IMG/VR virus record: IMGVR_UViG_3300045988_174823
Length of the DNA: 64,000 nucleotides
Strand: one strand, 5' to 3'
Origin: a virus
Shown here piece after piece: positions 8,213-17,855 of the stretch. The notes below the pieces were generated by a model, which was not told where the DNA came from, searched no databases, and saw only the letters and a program-made list of their open reading frames with translations. Each line of letters begins with the position of its first letter. Position 1 is the stretch's first letter. A program made the translations under genes and the position numbers.

Positions 8213-10333
8213 CTATTCGACTTTAATGACGTTAGTGTTGGTCTTCAGGTCCACAAGGCTGCTATTGCCGTTTATGTCTATGATAATTGAATTTGGCGTC
8301 AAGACCAGATACGGCGTGAATTCAGACGGCGTAGTGGACGTATTAACAGGTGTCGTACCGTAAACGAATACGGGCTGGAATCCATACGGAATCAAGTACT
8401 TATTCACGATTTGTTCCAACTGGGCTTGGGACATCGTATTGTTGTTATTCTTCAAGAAGATGTAGAATAATCGTTGCGACTGAATGAAACCGTTGGAACG
8501 GGCATCGACACGGAGCGTTTCCTTCAGCGGAAGGATGTTACGACCATAAACCAGCGGGCGTATCTTATAGTCCCATATGTAGAGCGTGGCCATATCATCG
8601 CCACCGCCGAGTTGAATCTTTGGGAGAATGTACTCGACGGAATAGTTGTTGTAATACAGCTGGGTTCCTAAATGCGGAGCAATATTAAGGCCCGGCACAT
8701 TGACGGTTACAGGCTTCGTGCTGTAAGCATGGATAATGCCGCGGACATGATACCACGTATTGGCCTTTAGGGTGGAAAGAGGCAGTTCGTTAGCAAAATA
8801 ATCTGTCACCTGCATGGAATCCAAGCGAGCGAAACTTCCAGCGATTGCCGTCTTGAAGATGTTGAAACCCTCGATACCAAAATCCAATGTTCCTTTACCG
8901 TCACTCTTCATCCAGAACGAAACCTCGTATGAAAGATTGCAGTCAGCGCAATACACGCGATCATCTACTGGGGTAGCATCGCCGCGGCCAAGCCCGCCGC
9001 TGCCGGTAATCTTCAGACAAACCTTGTTTTTGTAAACTGGGGTTTTCTTTTCACGATCATAACCTACAATGTACTGGTCAGCGATCTCTTCAATAGCGAC
9101 GTTTCCCGTAGTTACAAAATCGTCTAATGACTCAAAGTCGGGTGATGTCTCACGAGTTTTGTTCAGTTGGTTAGAATTACCAACGCCACGATACATAGGT
9201 GAAGATTGTCCCAAGCACCACCCCATCTTCGAGGCAGGCAAGTTGTCGGTTAGCAACTCGTCGCTATCTGCAATACCAAACAGCCGCACAAATTCGCCGT
9301 TGTAGGGGCGGCCGTCACCCTTACGAGCAAATACCATCGACGTACCGCGTTTGCGGATTTCGTCGTAGTAGTGTGAGGCCAGATATTGGAGTTCTTCCAG
9401 TGTAACGCTCTTTTCATCGAAATACAACCCTATTTGGCGAACGTATTCGCGCAACAGGTCGAAGTCATTGTAAATGTTTTCAAACCGTTTGGCGAATGAC
9501 ACCATCATGGCGAAGAAACGCCCCACTGTAGAAAACAACGACACATAATCACGGTCTTCAATGTAATTACGATCAGCACCGCGCGTAACGTATTGCGCCA
9601 TTACACCGCGGTAGTACAACTTCTTGAACAGGTTGCGTTCGATGCGCTTAGTTTGCTCCGACGACGCCACGGAAGCGAATATCGACTCGTCGATGGTAGG
9701 GGCCGCAAACTGTATAGGTTCCACCGTGCCTGTAAACATAACAGACTTGAACTCGATAGGTGTATCACCGCCTTGGCGCATGTACTGTATCGAGACCATC
9801 ATCGTACCGTCGGCCGTGATAGGGTCCAGTGCTTGGAGAGCCTCATTGGTAAGTTCTGCCCACTCGGTCCAGAAAATACCGTCAGCCGATACCTGGAATA
9901 ACCGCACGACATCCGCAGGATCGCCACCTGTTAATTCGTCAACAAACTCCGTCAACGATACTCGGCCCGATATATCACACGTAATTGCCACCAACAGCTG
10001 GTCGCCCACGGCTTCCATTACGTTGCTAAGTTCGGGGTCTTCAGTACGGTCGTACACCAGGTCGGATCCGTCGCGGCGATACTTTGTTTCTTCGCCATCC
10101 GTAACCGTCAACAGCAACCGCCCATCGCTCGTAAGCGAAGCGTCGGCGGGCGGTTTGTCCAGGCTTATCATCAGGTCGCCTTGAACACCTTTCGTATTGT
10201 TGATGGTCTTAGGTCCCTGGAGAATCTCTGCCTCGTAGATTTCAGGCAGTTTACCTGCGGCCTCGGCCATAATCGTTACCTCGTTCGATGGCGAAATAAC
10301 GACTTTGCTACGTATGGAGGTGGTGAGATTCAT
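8213..10333 (-). CDS. large baseplate/tail-fibre-associated structural protein
   Basis: 706-aa ORF immediately downstream of the baseplate-J-like gene. Confidence 0.55.
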   Translation of the reverse strand: MNLTTSIRSKVVISPSNEVTIMAEAAGKLPEIYEAEILQGPKTINNTKGVQGDLMISLDKPPADASLTSDGRLLLTVTDGEETKYRRDGSDLVYDRTEDPELSNVMEAVGDQLLVAITCDISGRVSLTEFVDELTGGDPADVVRLFQVSADGIFWTEWAELTNEALQALDPITADGTMMVSIQYMRQGGDTPIEFKSVMFTGTVEPIQFAAPTIDESIFASVASSEQTKRIERNLFKKLYYRGVMAQYVTRGADRNYIEDRDYVSLFSTVGRFFAMMVSFAKRFENIYNDFDLLREYVRQIGLYFDEKSVTLEELQYLASHYYDEIRKRGTSMVFARKGDGRPYNGEFVRLFGIADSDELLTDNLPASKMGWCLGQSSPMYRGVGNSNQLNKTRETSPDFESLDDFVTTGNVAIEEIADQYIVGYDREKKTPVYKNKVCLKITGSGGLGRGDATPVDDRVYCADCNLSYEVSFWMKSDGKGTLDFGIEGFNIFKTAIAGSFARLDSMQVTDYFANELPLSTLKANTWYHVRGIIHAYSTKPVTVNVPGLNIAPHLGTQLYYNNYSVEYILPKIQLGGGDDMATLYIWDYKIRPLVYGRNILPLKETLRVDARSNGFIQSQRLFYIFLKNNNNTMSQAQLEQIVNKYLIPYGFQPVFVYGTTPVNTSTTPSEFTPYLVLTPNSIIIDINGNSSLVDLKTNTNVIKVE

Positions 10334-10334
10334 A

Positions 10335-11594
10335 TCAGATGGACATTAACACAGTTGCTTGATAGTTTGTGTTTTCGATGTTAGGGTAGAACACCTCGGA
10401 AAGAACGCCGTTGTTGTCGATAATCACGTTGCCGTCCAGGTCGCGCATCACGAAACTGCGTATGCGCGGTAACGTGTACTCGGGCACGTTGATGTCATAG
10501 CTGGGATTGAAATGCGTATCAGGAACGTAGCGCACACCCTCGACATTCTTAACGACATACAACATATCCTCCCATTCCACCTTGTCGCCCGGCTCCCAAA
10601 AGCGGTAGTCGAACAATTTGTTCATTTGAAGTTGAATCTGAGTGCGGACGTCGTCGGTATTGTAGGCCGGATCAATATCCACGCGAAAATCAACATTCAC
10701 AGCCAGCCAATTCACGTTACGCAGGTTGATAGCCGGGTAACGCGCTCCGGCGATAGAAACACGCAACAGATCCGTCAAACATAGATACTCTTCAGCACGG
10801 GAATACATTTCGTCGAATTCATCTTGGGTAAAGTTCTGCCCGTTGACCGAAACCACCGTGAGATTGATGCGACTTTCAGCAGCCGACCCGGTAGTCTGTG
10901 TTTCGCCGTATCCACCTTTCAATACACGCAGCACCCGCGGGTTGATTTTCATCAGCACCTGTTCCAACTGCGATAGCGTGTTCATCGCCAGTTGATTGAC
11001 GCTTTCTTTGATACGAATACGGAACGTTTCGTCATCTTCCTGATCGCGACCGCCCGTGGCCTGGTATTCATTGGTACAACTTTGATGACCTGACGGAGTA
11101 GGATTAACGCGGTTTAACGACAGCGGCGGAACGTTGGTATTAGCGCCAGACTTCGTACAGCGAACAGGGATATACGCCAATCGCGAGTTTACCACTACGC
11201 CATCCGTGTCATCAACACCACCGATAGTGACATCTTCCGTCGAAACGAACGTCAACCCCGTCGTTGAGGTGAACATCGTTCCTGCCTGGTAGAACGTTCC
11301 CGGGTCGCCAATCACACGAACGTAGGTAGTAGCGGGAGCCGCTTCAAAACGCGGCGCAACACCCCGTAACGCAGCCAACGCATCAAGATATTCTCCAGCA
11401 GCCGTATCCGGAAAGATGTGACCCTCGATAACCGCCTGATTAACCATAATCTTCTGACCGATCTTTGAATCGGCGTAGGCTATGGCATTCAAAACCGACT
11501 CGGCCGATACATCGGATATCTTGTCGGTTTTGTTCAGGAGTATTTCCAGCCATATCTGTTTTAACTCCTCGATGGACGTTATTTGCGTTATCAT
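10335..11594 (-). CDS. baseplate J-like (gpJ / T4 gp6-type) wedge protein
   Basis: The N-terminus '...DVSAESVLNAIAYADSKIG...AAGEYLDALAALRGVAPRFEAAPATTYVRVIGDPGTFYQAGTMFTSTTGLTFVSTEDVTIG' matches the Baseplate_J pattern. Confidence 0.75.
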   Translation of the reverse strand: MITQITSIEELKQIWLEILLNKTDKISDVSAESVLNAIAYADSKIGQKIMVNQAVIEGHIFPDTAAGEYLDALAALRGVAPRFEAAPATTYVRVIGDPGTFYQAGTMFTSTTGLTFVSTEDVTIGGVDDTDGVVVNSRLAYIPVRCTKSGANTNVPPLSLNRVNPTPSGHQSCTNEYQATGGRDQEDDETFRIRIKESVNQLAMNTLSQLEQVLMKINPRVLRVLKGGYGETQTTGSAAESRINLTVVSVNGQNFTQDEFDEMYSRAEEYLCLTDLLRVSIAGARYPAINLRNVNWLAVNVDFRVDIDPAYNTDDVRTQIQLQMNKLFDYRFWEPGDKVEWEDMLYVVKNVEGVRYVPDTHFNPSYDINVPEYTLPRIRSFVMRDLDGNVIIDNNGVLSEVFYPNIENTNYQATVLMSI

Positions 11595-12619
11595 AGTTTT
11601 ACTTTTTTGGTCACCTTATCGTTGTACTTTGTCTTAATTTCCAGTGTGCAAACTAACGAGTCTTGATTCTGTTCGATAGCTATCATATCGACCGACTCAA
11701 ACAGGTCGTCCTGAAGGAACGTATCCACCATCTGGCGACGAACCGTAGGTAAGGCCAGCTGGGCTGCGGTAACTCCGGCTGTCAGGTTAGGGTCAACCCC
11801 CAGCAGCGGATTGTCGGGAACCGTACCGCGGTTCATGCCCATGAGTATCATCACCTTTTGGTCGATGTTGTCCTTGTATTTAACGATTTTCAGGTCGCCT
11901 ATACGCCGGGCCGAGGTAACGGTCGTTTCGTCGCCAGAACGTCGGAAAACGGCTTTTGTTGCCACTTCCTCTTCTACCTCGATAGTAATCTTCCGGGCGA
12001 TGTCCTTACCATAGACCTGTTCGCCGACCGGAGGTTCGAGAATAGTCTTCACCGCCGCCGGGGTTATGTTATTCACCATGGCGGTTACGGGTTTCAACTC
12101 GTCGATTTCCCACTGGTCTTCTTCCAGGTCGTTATCCAGCATCAGTTGCTCCCATGAAACGCGGTCCATACCGTTGGACTGGATAGCCTCCGACAGGTCC
12201 TCCATCGTACGTTGTGCGCCAATAGTGGATTCCACCTGAATGACGGGCTTATAGTTACGGGCCGTAAGCGTAGTGCGGCGGAACTTAGGCAGCTTCGTAA
12301 CCTTTTCCACCTGGACGACCAGGTTATCTATCCACTCCATCAGTAGCCAGTAGCCGCAATTGTCGAAGCGATTATCGTAGTTCTTAAACTGGGCTTGAAG
12401 TTCGTGACAGTCGTTGAGCAGCTTCTGTAAACGACGTAAACGATCATGGTCAATACTTTCACTTAGACCAGAAAAGTATTGATTTATGGACGGATAATCG
12501 TTATCAAAGAAGTCCTGATAGCGTTCCAGAAAATCCGTCAGGCGATACTTCGTGACGTTGGAAAAGCGGATTATGTATTCAGGAATAAGCATGGCTAAAA
12601 CATATTCATGACGCCGCAA
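11591..12619 (-). CDS. baseplate-module protein, hypothetical
   Basis: 342-aa ORF with a 4-nt overlap onto the baseplate J gene. Confidence 0.5.
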   Translation of the reverse strand: MRRHEYVLAMLIPEYIIRFSNVTKYRLTDFLERYQDFFDNDYPSINQYFSGLSESIDHDRLRRLQKLLNDCHELQAQFKNYDNRFDNCGYWLLMEWIDNLVVQVEKVTKLPKFRRTTLTARNYKPVIQVESTIGAQRTMEDLSEAIQSNGMDRVSWEQLMLDNDLEEDQWEIDELKPVTAMVNNITPAAVKTILEPPVGEQVYGKDIARKITIEVEEEVATKAVFRRSGDETTVTSARRIGDLKIVKYKDNIDQKVMILMGMNRGTVPDNPLLGVDPNLTAGVTAAQLALPTVRRQMVDTFLQDDLFESVDMIAIEQNQDSLVCTLEIKTKYNDKVTKKVKL

Positions 12620-13383
12620 GTCAACAGGTCGCTAACCTGCCCCAGTACCCGCGTTACACTTCTACTCAACGATTGATTCGTAACCTGCCCCAGGAAGTCG
12701 TTTACCGATTTGATGGTAGTATAGGCCGCTACAGCGCGGAGTTCGATGGAGTAATTCCAAATCATGTTGTTATTCTCATCCATCGAATAGTTATCCTGTA
12801 CGACTTCCACGTAATATGCCGTATTGAAGGCGTGGTTGGTGAACACCAGCCGATAGGGCTTTCCGTTAGGGTCCAATTTCGTAGCCGCAGTGAGGATTTT
12901 CTGCATCATCTTAGTCAGGCCATATCCTGTTTTGGCTATCATTTTGCGGTTATCACCCACTCCGGCGGCTCCTGTAAACATGCCGATGTTGAAGAACGGA
13001 ATAGATGCCCCTTCCTCGGCTTGATCCTTAAATTGCTGCTGACCGAACGAAATGCGTAACTTACGACCGAACGTTCCACGCAACGAAATATCAACGGGGT
13101 TAAACGACGGATTAATCATCGATACTACCACGTTGTTGGTCTTGGTGATAGTAGTAAGCGAAGTCCGACTTTCGGTGATGTTACTGGGCATCACAGGCAG
13201 ATTCATAAAAGCCGCTGTTTCTCCGCTTGAACGAAGCAACTCCAACGTACACATGTAGTACTCATAGTCGTCGGGTGCAATGGCGTGTACCAACCCGCGC
13301 CCCATCGTAACGAGCGCATCGCTCGCCGCGGTGGTGAAGTCACCTTTGGCTTTATTCAGAACTGTTCCTGCTATGGTCGGCAT
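12595..13383 (-). CDS. baseplate-module protein, hypothetical
   Basis: 262-aa ORF; call rests on synteny. Confidence 0.5.
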   Translation of the reverse strand: MPTIAGTVLNKAKGDFTTAASDALVTMGRGLVHAIAPDDYEYYMCTLELLRSSGETAAFMNLPVMPSNITESRTSLTTITKTNNVVVSMINPSFNPVDISLRGTFGRKLRISFGQQQFKDQAEEGASIPFFNIGMFTGAAGVGDNRKMIAKTGYGLTKMMQKILTAATKLDPNGKPYRLVFTNHAFNTAYYVEVVQDNYSMDENNNMIWNYSIELRAVAAYTTIKSVNDFLGQVTNQSLSRSVTRVLGQVSDLLTCGVMNMF

Positions 13384-13411
13384 CGTCGTAAATTTACATC
13401 AATTATACTTG

Positions 13412-13858
13412 TCACAAGGGCAGCGCCGACAGCGCTTTGTCGGCCGAAGTCAGTAGTTGCGCCGCAGCGGTTACTGGATTAGGAAGTGGCAAATTGAATC
13501 CGCCAACGATTCGTATCACCTGTTGGACTGCAGCATTGCCAGTGGCTACGGTAGCTTTAGCAGTAGCCGCGCCCGACTTAGCGGAAGCGATAACGCCTGC
13601 TGAGGCTATGCCTGCCATGGGGTCAGCGCACACAGCTTGAACGGCCAGCGTGGTGCAGGCGTCAATAGCGTTTTGTGCAGAGGTTTCAGCTGCTGTGAGC
13701 CATGTTTCAGCCTCGTCTATCTTCTGTTGTATAGCATCGCCAACGGACGACTGCATTTCTTCAACGTAGGCTTCCGCCTGGTTCGCAGGTAATGTGTCGA
13801 TGTATTCCTTACAAGTGGCGCGAATGACCATTTCAGGATCGATTCCTAACTTTCCCAT
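13412..13858 (-). CDS. hypothetical Ala-rich protein
   Basis: 148-aa ORF; call rests on synteny. Confidence 0.45.
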   Translation of the reverse strand: MGKLGIDPEMVIRATCKEYIDTLPANQAEAYVEEMQSSVGDAIQQKIDEAETWLTAAETSAQNAIDACTTLAVQAVCADPMAGIASAGVIASAKSGAATAKATVATGNAAVQQVIRIVGGFNLPLPNPVTAAAQLLTSADKALSALPL

Positions 13859-13863
13859 GGGTA

Positions 13864-14703
13864 TTAATGTGATAATTTTTTATCCTCCATTTTCGGCATT
13901 TCGCTGGCCATCCAGCTGGAAAGGTTCGACCCCGACGAAGCAATCAACAGGTCCTTTTGTAGAGCCTTTACCAACGATTCTATTTGTGCGATATTTACCA
14001 CGCCGCGGTTTTCACCGCCGTTGAATGAAGCCTTATCGCCCTTTACGGTGAAGGTGGATTTACTGTTCTTGGTCTTATACGAAAGGGAATCGCCCTCTAA
14101 TGTAACCTCAACACCCTCTTCCGTATCAACGCCGTCGATAATATTGGCCACTATTTTTTGAGCGCTTGTAACTTGCACTGATTTGGTTCCTGAAACGCTA
14201 ACGTCGCCGTCGGAGTACAAATTAACCTTAGAATCGCCATTGGGCGATGTTACTTTGATGTTGAGTTCACCCGGCGTATTTGCTGTACCGGAGACCATGA
14301 TGTCTATTTCGCTATTGGCGGCATCCAATATAAACTCGACTATTGAATCGCCAATTTGCTTTCGAAAACGCCGTTGACCAATCTGTTGTTGGTCCAATTC
14401 GGTTAGGTTTAGATAATTAACAACCACAGGCCATTGTTGTAAATCATCTACTACCCATATTACTGGCGTGCCAAACGATTCAGTATCTACTGGAAATTCG
14501 ACCATTTGCAAAACCTCCGGAGCAATTGGCACATTCTGGTATATGGAACGTCCCGGACCGCCTTGAATAGTTACGGTACAGGTACGTAAACAGTTTTCTA
14601 TGTAGGTTTGACGATCTACATCTGTTAGCGGTAAAACAACGTATCCTACGCCAGCCGTGGCATACAACGGCCTCTTTTGTGGCGTTTGTGCATTAACCCT
14701 CAT
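13864..14703 (-). CDS. putative baseplate central spike/hub protein (gpV/gp5-like beta-helix)
   Basis: 279 aa. The C-terminal half has repetitive short beta-strand segments ('VSGTKSVQVTSAQKIV...VEVTLEGDSLSYKTKNSKSTFTVKGDKASF'). It lies next to the M23 hub protein. Confidence 0.4.
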   Translation of the reverse strand: MRVNAQTPQKRPLYATAGVGYVVLPLTDVDRQTYIENCLRTCTVTIQGGPGRSIYQNVPIAPEVLQMVEFPVDTESFGTPVIWVVDDLQQWPVVVNYLNLTELDQQQIGQRRFRKQIGDSIVEFILDAANSEIDIMVSGTANTPGELNIKVTSPNGDSKVNLYSDGDVSVSGTKSVQVTSAQKIVANIIDGVDTEEGVEVTLEGDSLSYKTKNSKSTFTVKGDKASFNGGENRGVVNIAQIESLVKALQKDLLIASSGSNLSSWMASEMPKMEDKKLSH

Positions 14704-16576
14704 TTAATTCCTCCTCCGTCATGTAAAGATTTGTTCGCGTTTCCAAGACCTGTTTCTTGCTCCAAAAGTAGTCCAGCACTTCCTTACGAATCTTAAAATC
14801 AGCGACAAAACGAAACAACTCGTTTGGATAGCCTTCCGAATTCTTGACGCCAATATTTTTCCAAGAATCCTGATCGCCAAAATCAACAATATCGAAGTAG
14901 CTATAAGGCAAATTCTTGTCGTATTCTCCATTACGCCAAGCGCTTTCGATATTGCGCACAAACATACCGTGTGAAACCTGAAGTGACGTTGTACGCTGAA
15001 TGGAATCGCCAACGCTTTTAAACGTGTTGGAGACCTGTTCAACGTAATATAATTCTCCTGTAGGAACGAAATACACCCACGAACCACGTTTTATACGACG
15101 ATCGCCGTAAAGCGTTATCGTTCCCTGTCGTGTAAAGGGTACGTAGATTGTGCTTTCGATAAGGTATTTAAGATCCAATAAACAGCGATAGTGAGAACGT
15201 ATCACGTTTTCTTTCGTAGTATCGGCAACTTCCTTATCTTGATTGTGAATGGCCGAACTGCCATCGGCTATTAGATTCACGTAATTGCTCTGAATATTAC
15301 AAACACGTGAACCAAACAACGCTGCCATCTCAGGGAAGAATACAGCAGGTATGCCGCCAATATCATCGTTGTTGTTAAACCCAACACTGGCTGCTAAGCG
15401 ATACCAAGAATACGCTGTGTTCACGCTCCACGTCAGCGACGTACTCAGTACCTTGTTTGGGTGTATCGACAAATAGCCGTTGTTGCTGTAAAGTGCATCG
15501 GCGTAGGCTTCCTTAACGGCTGCAGCATCGAATGGTGGCCGACGAGCAATGAAGTAATATTGATCGCCCCACGTATCGCCCATAAACTCCACAAATGGTT
15601 TTTGGCATACCTTATTGAACCAATTCAACAGCGAACCTGTCGAGTTGGTGATTGTAGTATCGAATACTTGACGAAAAGCGGCGTTGTCGTCAATGATTAT
15701 CTTCACTATTTGCCAAATACCCGGCAATAAATCACTGGTAGCGCGCGCGTTTTCAGGTGCCGAGACTTTTTCTATTTCAACAGGTTCCGTAGCGTTATTG
15801 GAGTAGGGTAATTTCTCGTCGCTTCCAGCCCTTAATTCCGCACGCCACAACCAATTTCTTCGCCATTCGTCATTTGTGGCAAAGTTATCATTCCCCTGCT
15901 CAGGACGATAGCCAAGTTTTTCAGATTGCGGCCAACTGTAGGGGGCCACCTGATCGTCGTAGGCAAACTGATATTTTTTATCCTGTTCAGATAATTTAAA
16001 ACTGCAACGACTCATGAACTGCGCAGGCATAAGCCATTCGCCACTGCCTGGCAAACCTATTTGGATGTGCAAGTGCGGACCTGTGGTATCACCCGTGTTT
16101 CCTGTTGTAGCGATAGCGGTTCCGGCTTTAATCCATTCCCCCTTCTTTGTATTACTGTAAACACTATCCAAGTGCATCAGCCAAACCTCTACGTAAGCGC
16201 CGTTGCGTATAGATTTTTCAGCTAATGCGTTGCGCAACGCTTTCTTGGCAATAGAAAAACCAAAGCCAATATCGCTGGAGGCTATGGCATTAATATCGGG
16301 CCATTGAGCAGGAAACAGTAGCCGTATATAAACGCCTCCAGACTTCTTTGGATTGGTATTTACTTCAGCTACAAGGCAATATTCCGGAGCCAGCAATACC
16401 GTCCCAATGGGCAATGCAAAATCCAAACCACGATGATAGCTCACTTTCAATTTATCGCCAATTTGTAACTTGCGATGCCCCTGTACGCACGAAACAACAA
16501 TAGGGCAATCGGGGGTTCCGTAGCCTTGTATCCAATCTTTCCTCCAAACAGGAAATACTGCCAAATCACTTGCCAT
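14693..16576 (-). CDS. tail/baseplate hub protein with N-terminal M23 (LytM-type) peptidase domain
   Basis: 'SYHRGLDFALPIGTVLLAP' matches HxxxD, and 'GNTGDTTGPHLHIQIG' matches HxH. These are the canonical M23 motifs. Confidence 0.75.
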   Translation of the reverse strand: MASDLAVFPVWRKDWIQGYGTPDCPIVVSCVQGHRKLQIGDKLKVSYHRGLDFALPIGTVLLAPEYCLVAEVNTNPKKSGGVYIRLLFPAQWPDINAIASSDIGFGFSIAKKALRNALAEKSIRNGAYVEVWLMHLDSVYSNTKKGEWIKAGTAIATTGNTGDTTGPHLHIQIGLPGSGEWLMPAQFMSRCSFKLSEQDKKYQFAYDDQVAPYSWPQSEKLGYRPEQGNDNFATNDEWRRNWLWRAELRAGSDEKLPYSNNATEPVEIEKVSAPENARATSDLLPGIWQIVKIIIDDNAAFRQVFDTTITNSTGSLLNWFNKVCQKPFVEFMGDTWGDQYYFIARRPPFDAAAVKEAYADALYSNNGYLSIHPNKVLSTSLTWSVNTAYSWYRLAASVGFNNNDDIGGIPAVFFPEMAALFGSRVCNIQSNYVNLIADGSSAIHNQDKEVADTTKENVIRSHYRCLLDLKYLIESTIYVPFTRQGTITLYGDRRIKRGSWVYFVPTGELYYVEQVSNTFKSVGDSIQRTTSLQVSHGMFVRNIESAWRNGEYDKNLPYSYFDIVDFGDQDSWKNIGVKNSEGYPNELFRFVADFKIRKEVLDYFWSKKQVLETRTNLYMTEEELNEG

Positions 16577-17855
16577 CGTTTACCAGCTTTTTTTCGGGTG
16601 ATTCAGGGTTGGTCTTGTAATCAGTTATGGTACTACGTGCGTCACCCCAATCCTTGAACACATCATTAGGGGCGATAGCAATATTCGCCAACCGCAAAAT
16701 AGTTTTTTTCAGCACACTTTCAACTGTCCAATACAGTTGTTGAAATGGCATAATATAACCGCTATTAGCACGAACCCGATCGACTGCGTTAGCTATGTTG
16801 AGCAAATCATTGTTACGATCGCCAAATCGAGTATTTTTCACGCCAGCGACGTTTGGGAACATTGTCTCGGCGTCGGCTTGCACGCTCACTGAATAGAAAT
16901 ACGAACCGTCATCTATTAATAGCTTCATTAGGTCGCGGCCTGAAACTTGTATGTTAATGACGTTACCAAACGCATCGGTGTTAGTGGTAACGGCATCGAC
17001 CAGCGCTATCATATCCCATACGCCACCAGCAATACGTACCTCACTGTCTTGATCAATGTCTTCCTCCATGGCCAGACGTTCAAAACGCAAGAACAGAATA
17101 TCGTTTGGAGAAATTAACCAATCAAAGTAGTTGAACTCATAGAAGTTCCCCTGACGGAAAGTGGCTTTGTAATAATCATCGGTGGCGGCTTCCAATTGGT
17201 TCATTATCTCTTGGCCGCCGTTGGAGGTTTTAACAAGCAACTTCGTAGGATCGGCTGGAACGAACGGTAACGATAGCGAGAAGTTGCCGCCTGTTTCAGT
17301 TACATTAGTGGTCATGTAACTGACGTAACGGGATATATCCACAAAGGCTTGAGGATTGTTGGTTTCAGAATGCAGAAATTCCTTGACCTTAAACCATCCA
17401 ACAACACGAACGTTTGGCGCCATTTTAACATAACTCTGCGTAACGGCGTTGGCTACATAACCTGAATTTTCAGTTATTTCCTTCAACCGTTCGTCGCTCC
17501 ATGCCTTGTAGTCAGTAACGTTACTGACCATGTTAGTGGCATATATGACATTGTCGGGAGTTACGTTTTGGTAATAAACGCGAATGACACAAAAACGGGG
17601 TAGTGTCATGGTATATTCCAGATCACCAGGCGTCATTGCGTTTGCAGCACCGCTCTTCCCCTTCGAAGCTGCATATTGTATTTTATCCATTAACGACATA
17701 GCATTGAAGATAGCAATGCGGTTGTCGTTAAAGAGCCGTTCTGGAGTGATACCTGTTATCTTGTAGAAGGCGCAAAACTCGGTTATCGTCTTGATTTGTT
17801 TTTGATCGTGGACGATATCAACATAGGTCTTTTTCGCGTTTGAAGCCATTACCAC
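16566..17855 (-). CDS. tail structural protein (distal tail / hub-associated)
   Basis: 429-aa ORF lying between the tape measure and the M23 hub protein. Confidence 0.5.
   Translation of the reverse strand: MVMASNAKKTYVDIVHDQKQIKTITEFCAFYKITGITPERLFNDNRIAIFNAMSLMDKIQYAASKGKSGAANAMTPGDLEYTMTLPRFCVIRVYYQNVTPDNVIYATNMVSNVTDYKAWSDERLKEITENSGYVANAVTQSYVKMAPNVRVVGWFKVKEFLHSETNNPQAFVDISRYVSYMTTNVTETGGNFSLSLPFVPADPTKLLVKTSNGGQEIMNQLEAATDDYYKATFRQGNFYEFNYFDWLISPNDILFLRFERLAMEEDIDQDSEVRIAGGVWDMIALVDAVTTNTDAFGNVINIQVSGRDLMKLLIDDGSYFYSVSVQADAETMFPNVAGVKNTRFGDRNNDLLNIANAVDRVRANSGYIMPFQQLYWTVESVLKKTILRLANIAIAPNDVFKDWGDARSTITDYKTNPESPEKKLVNDGK

Noticed and set aside
14719-15087. Alternative-frame minus-strand ORFs nested in large genes (14719-15087, 21524-21778, 24841-25221, 27109-27608, 28135-28494, 28624-28857, 31860-32168, 38397-38673 and others)
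   Set aside because: They are fully contained in longer ORFs that carry recognisable domains. They are Arg/Ser/Pro-rich out-of-frame translations.
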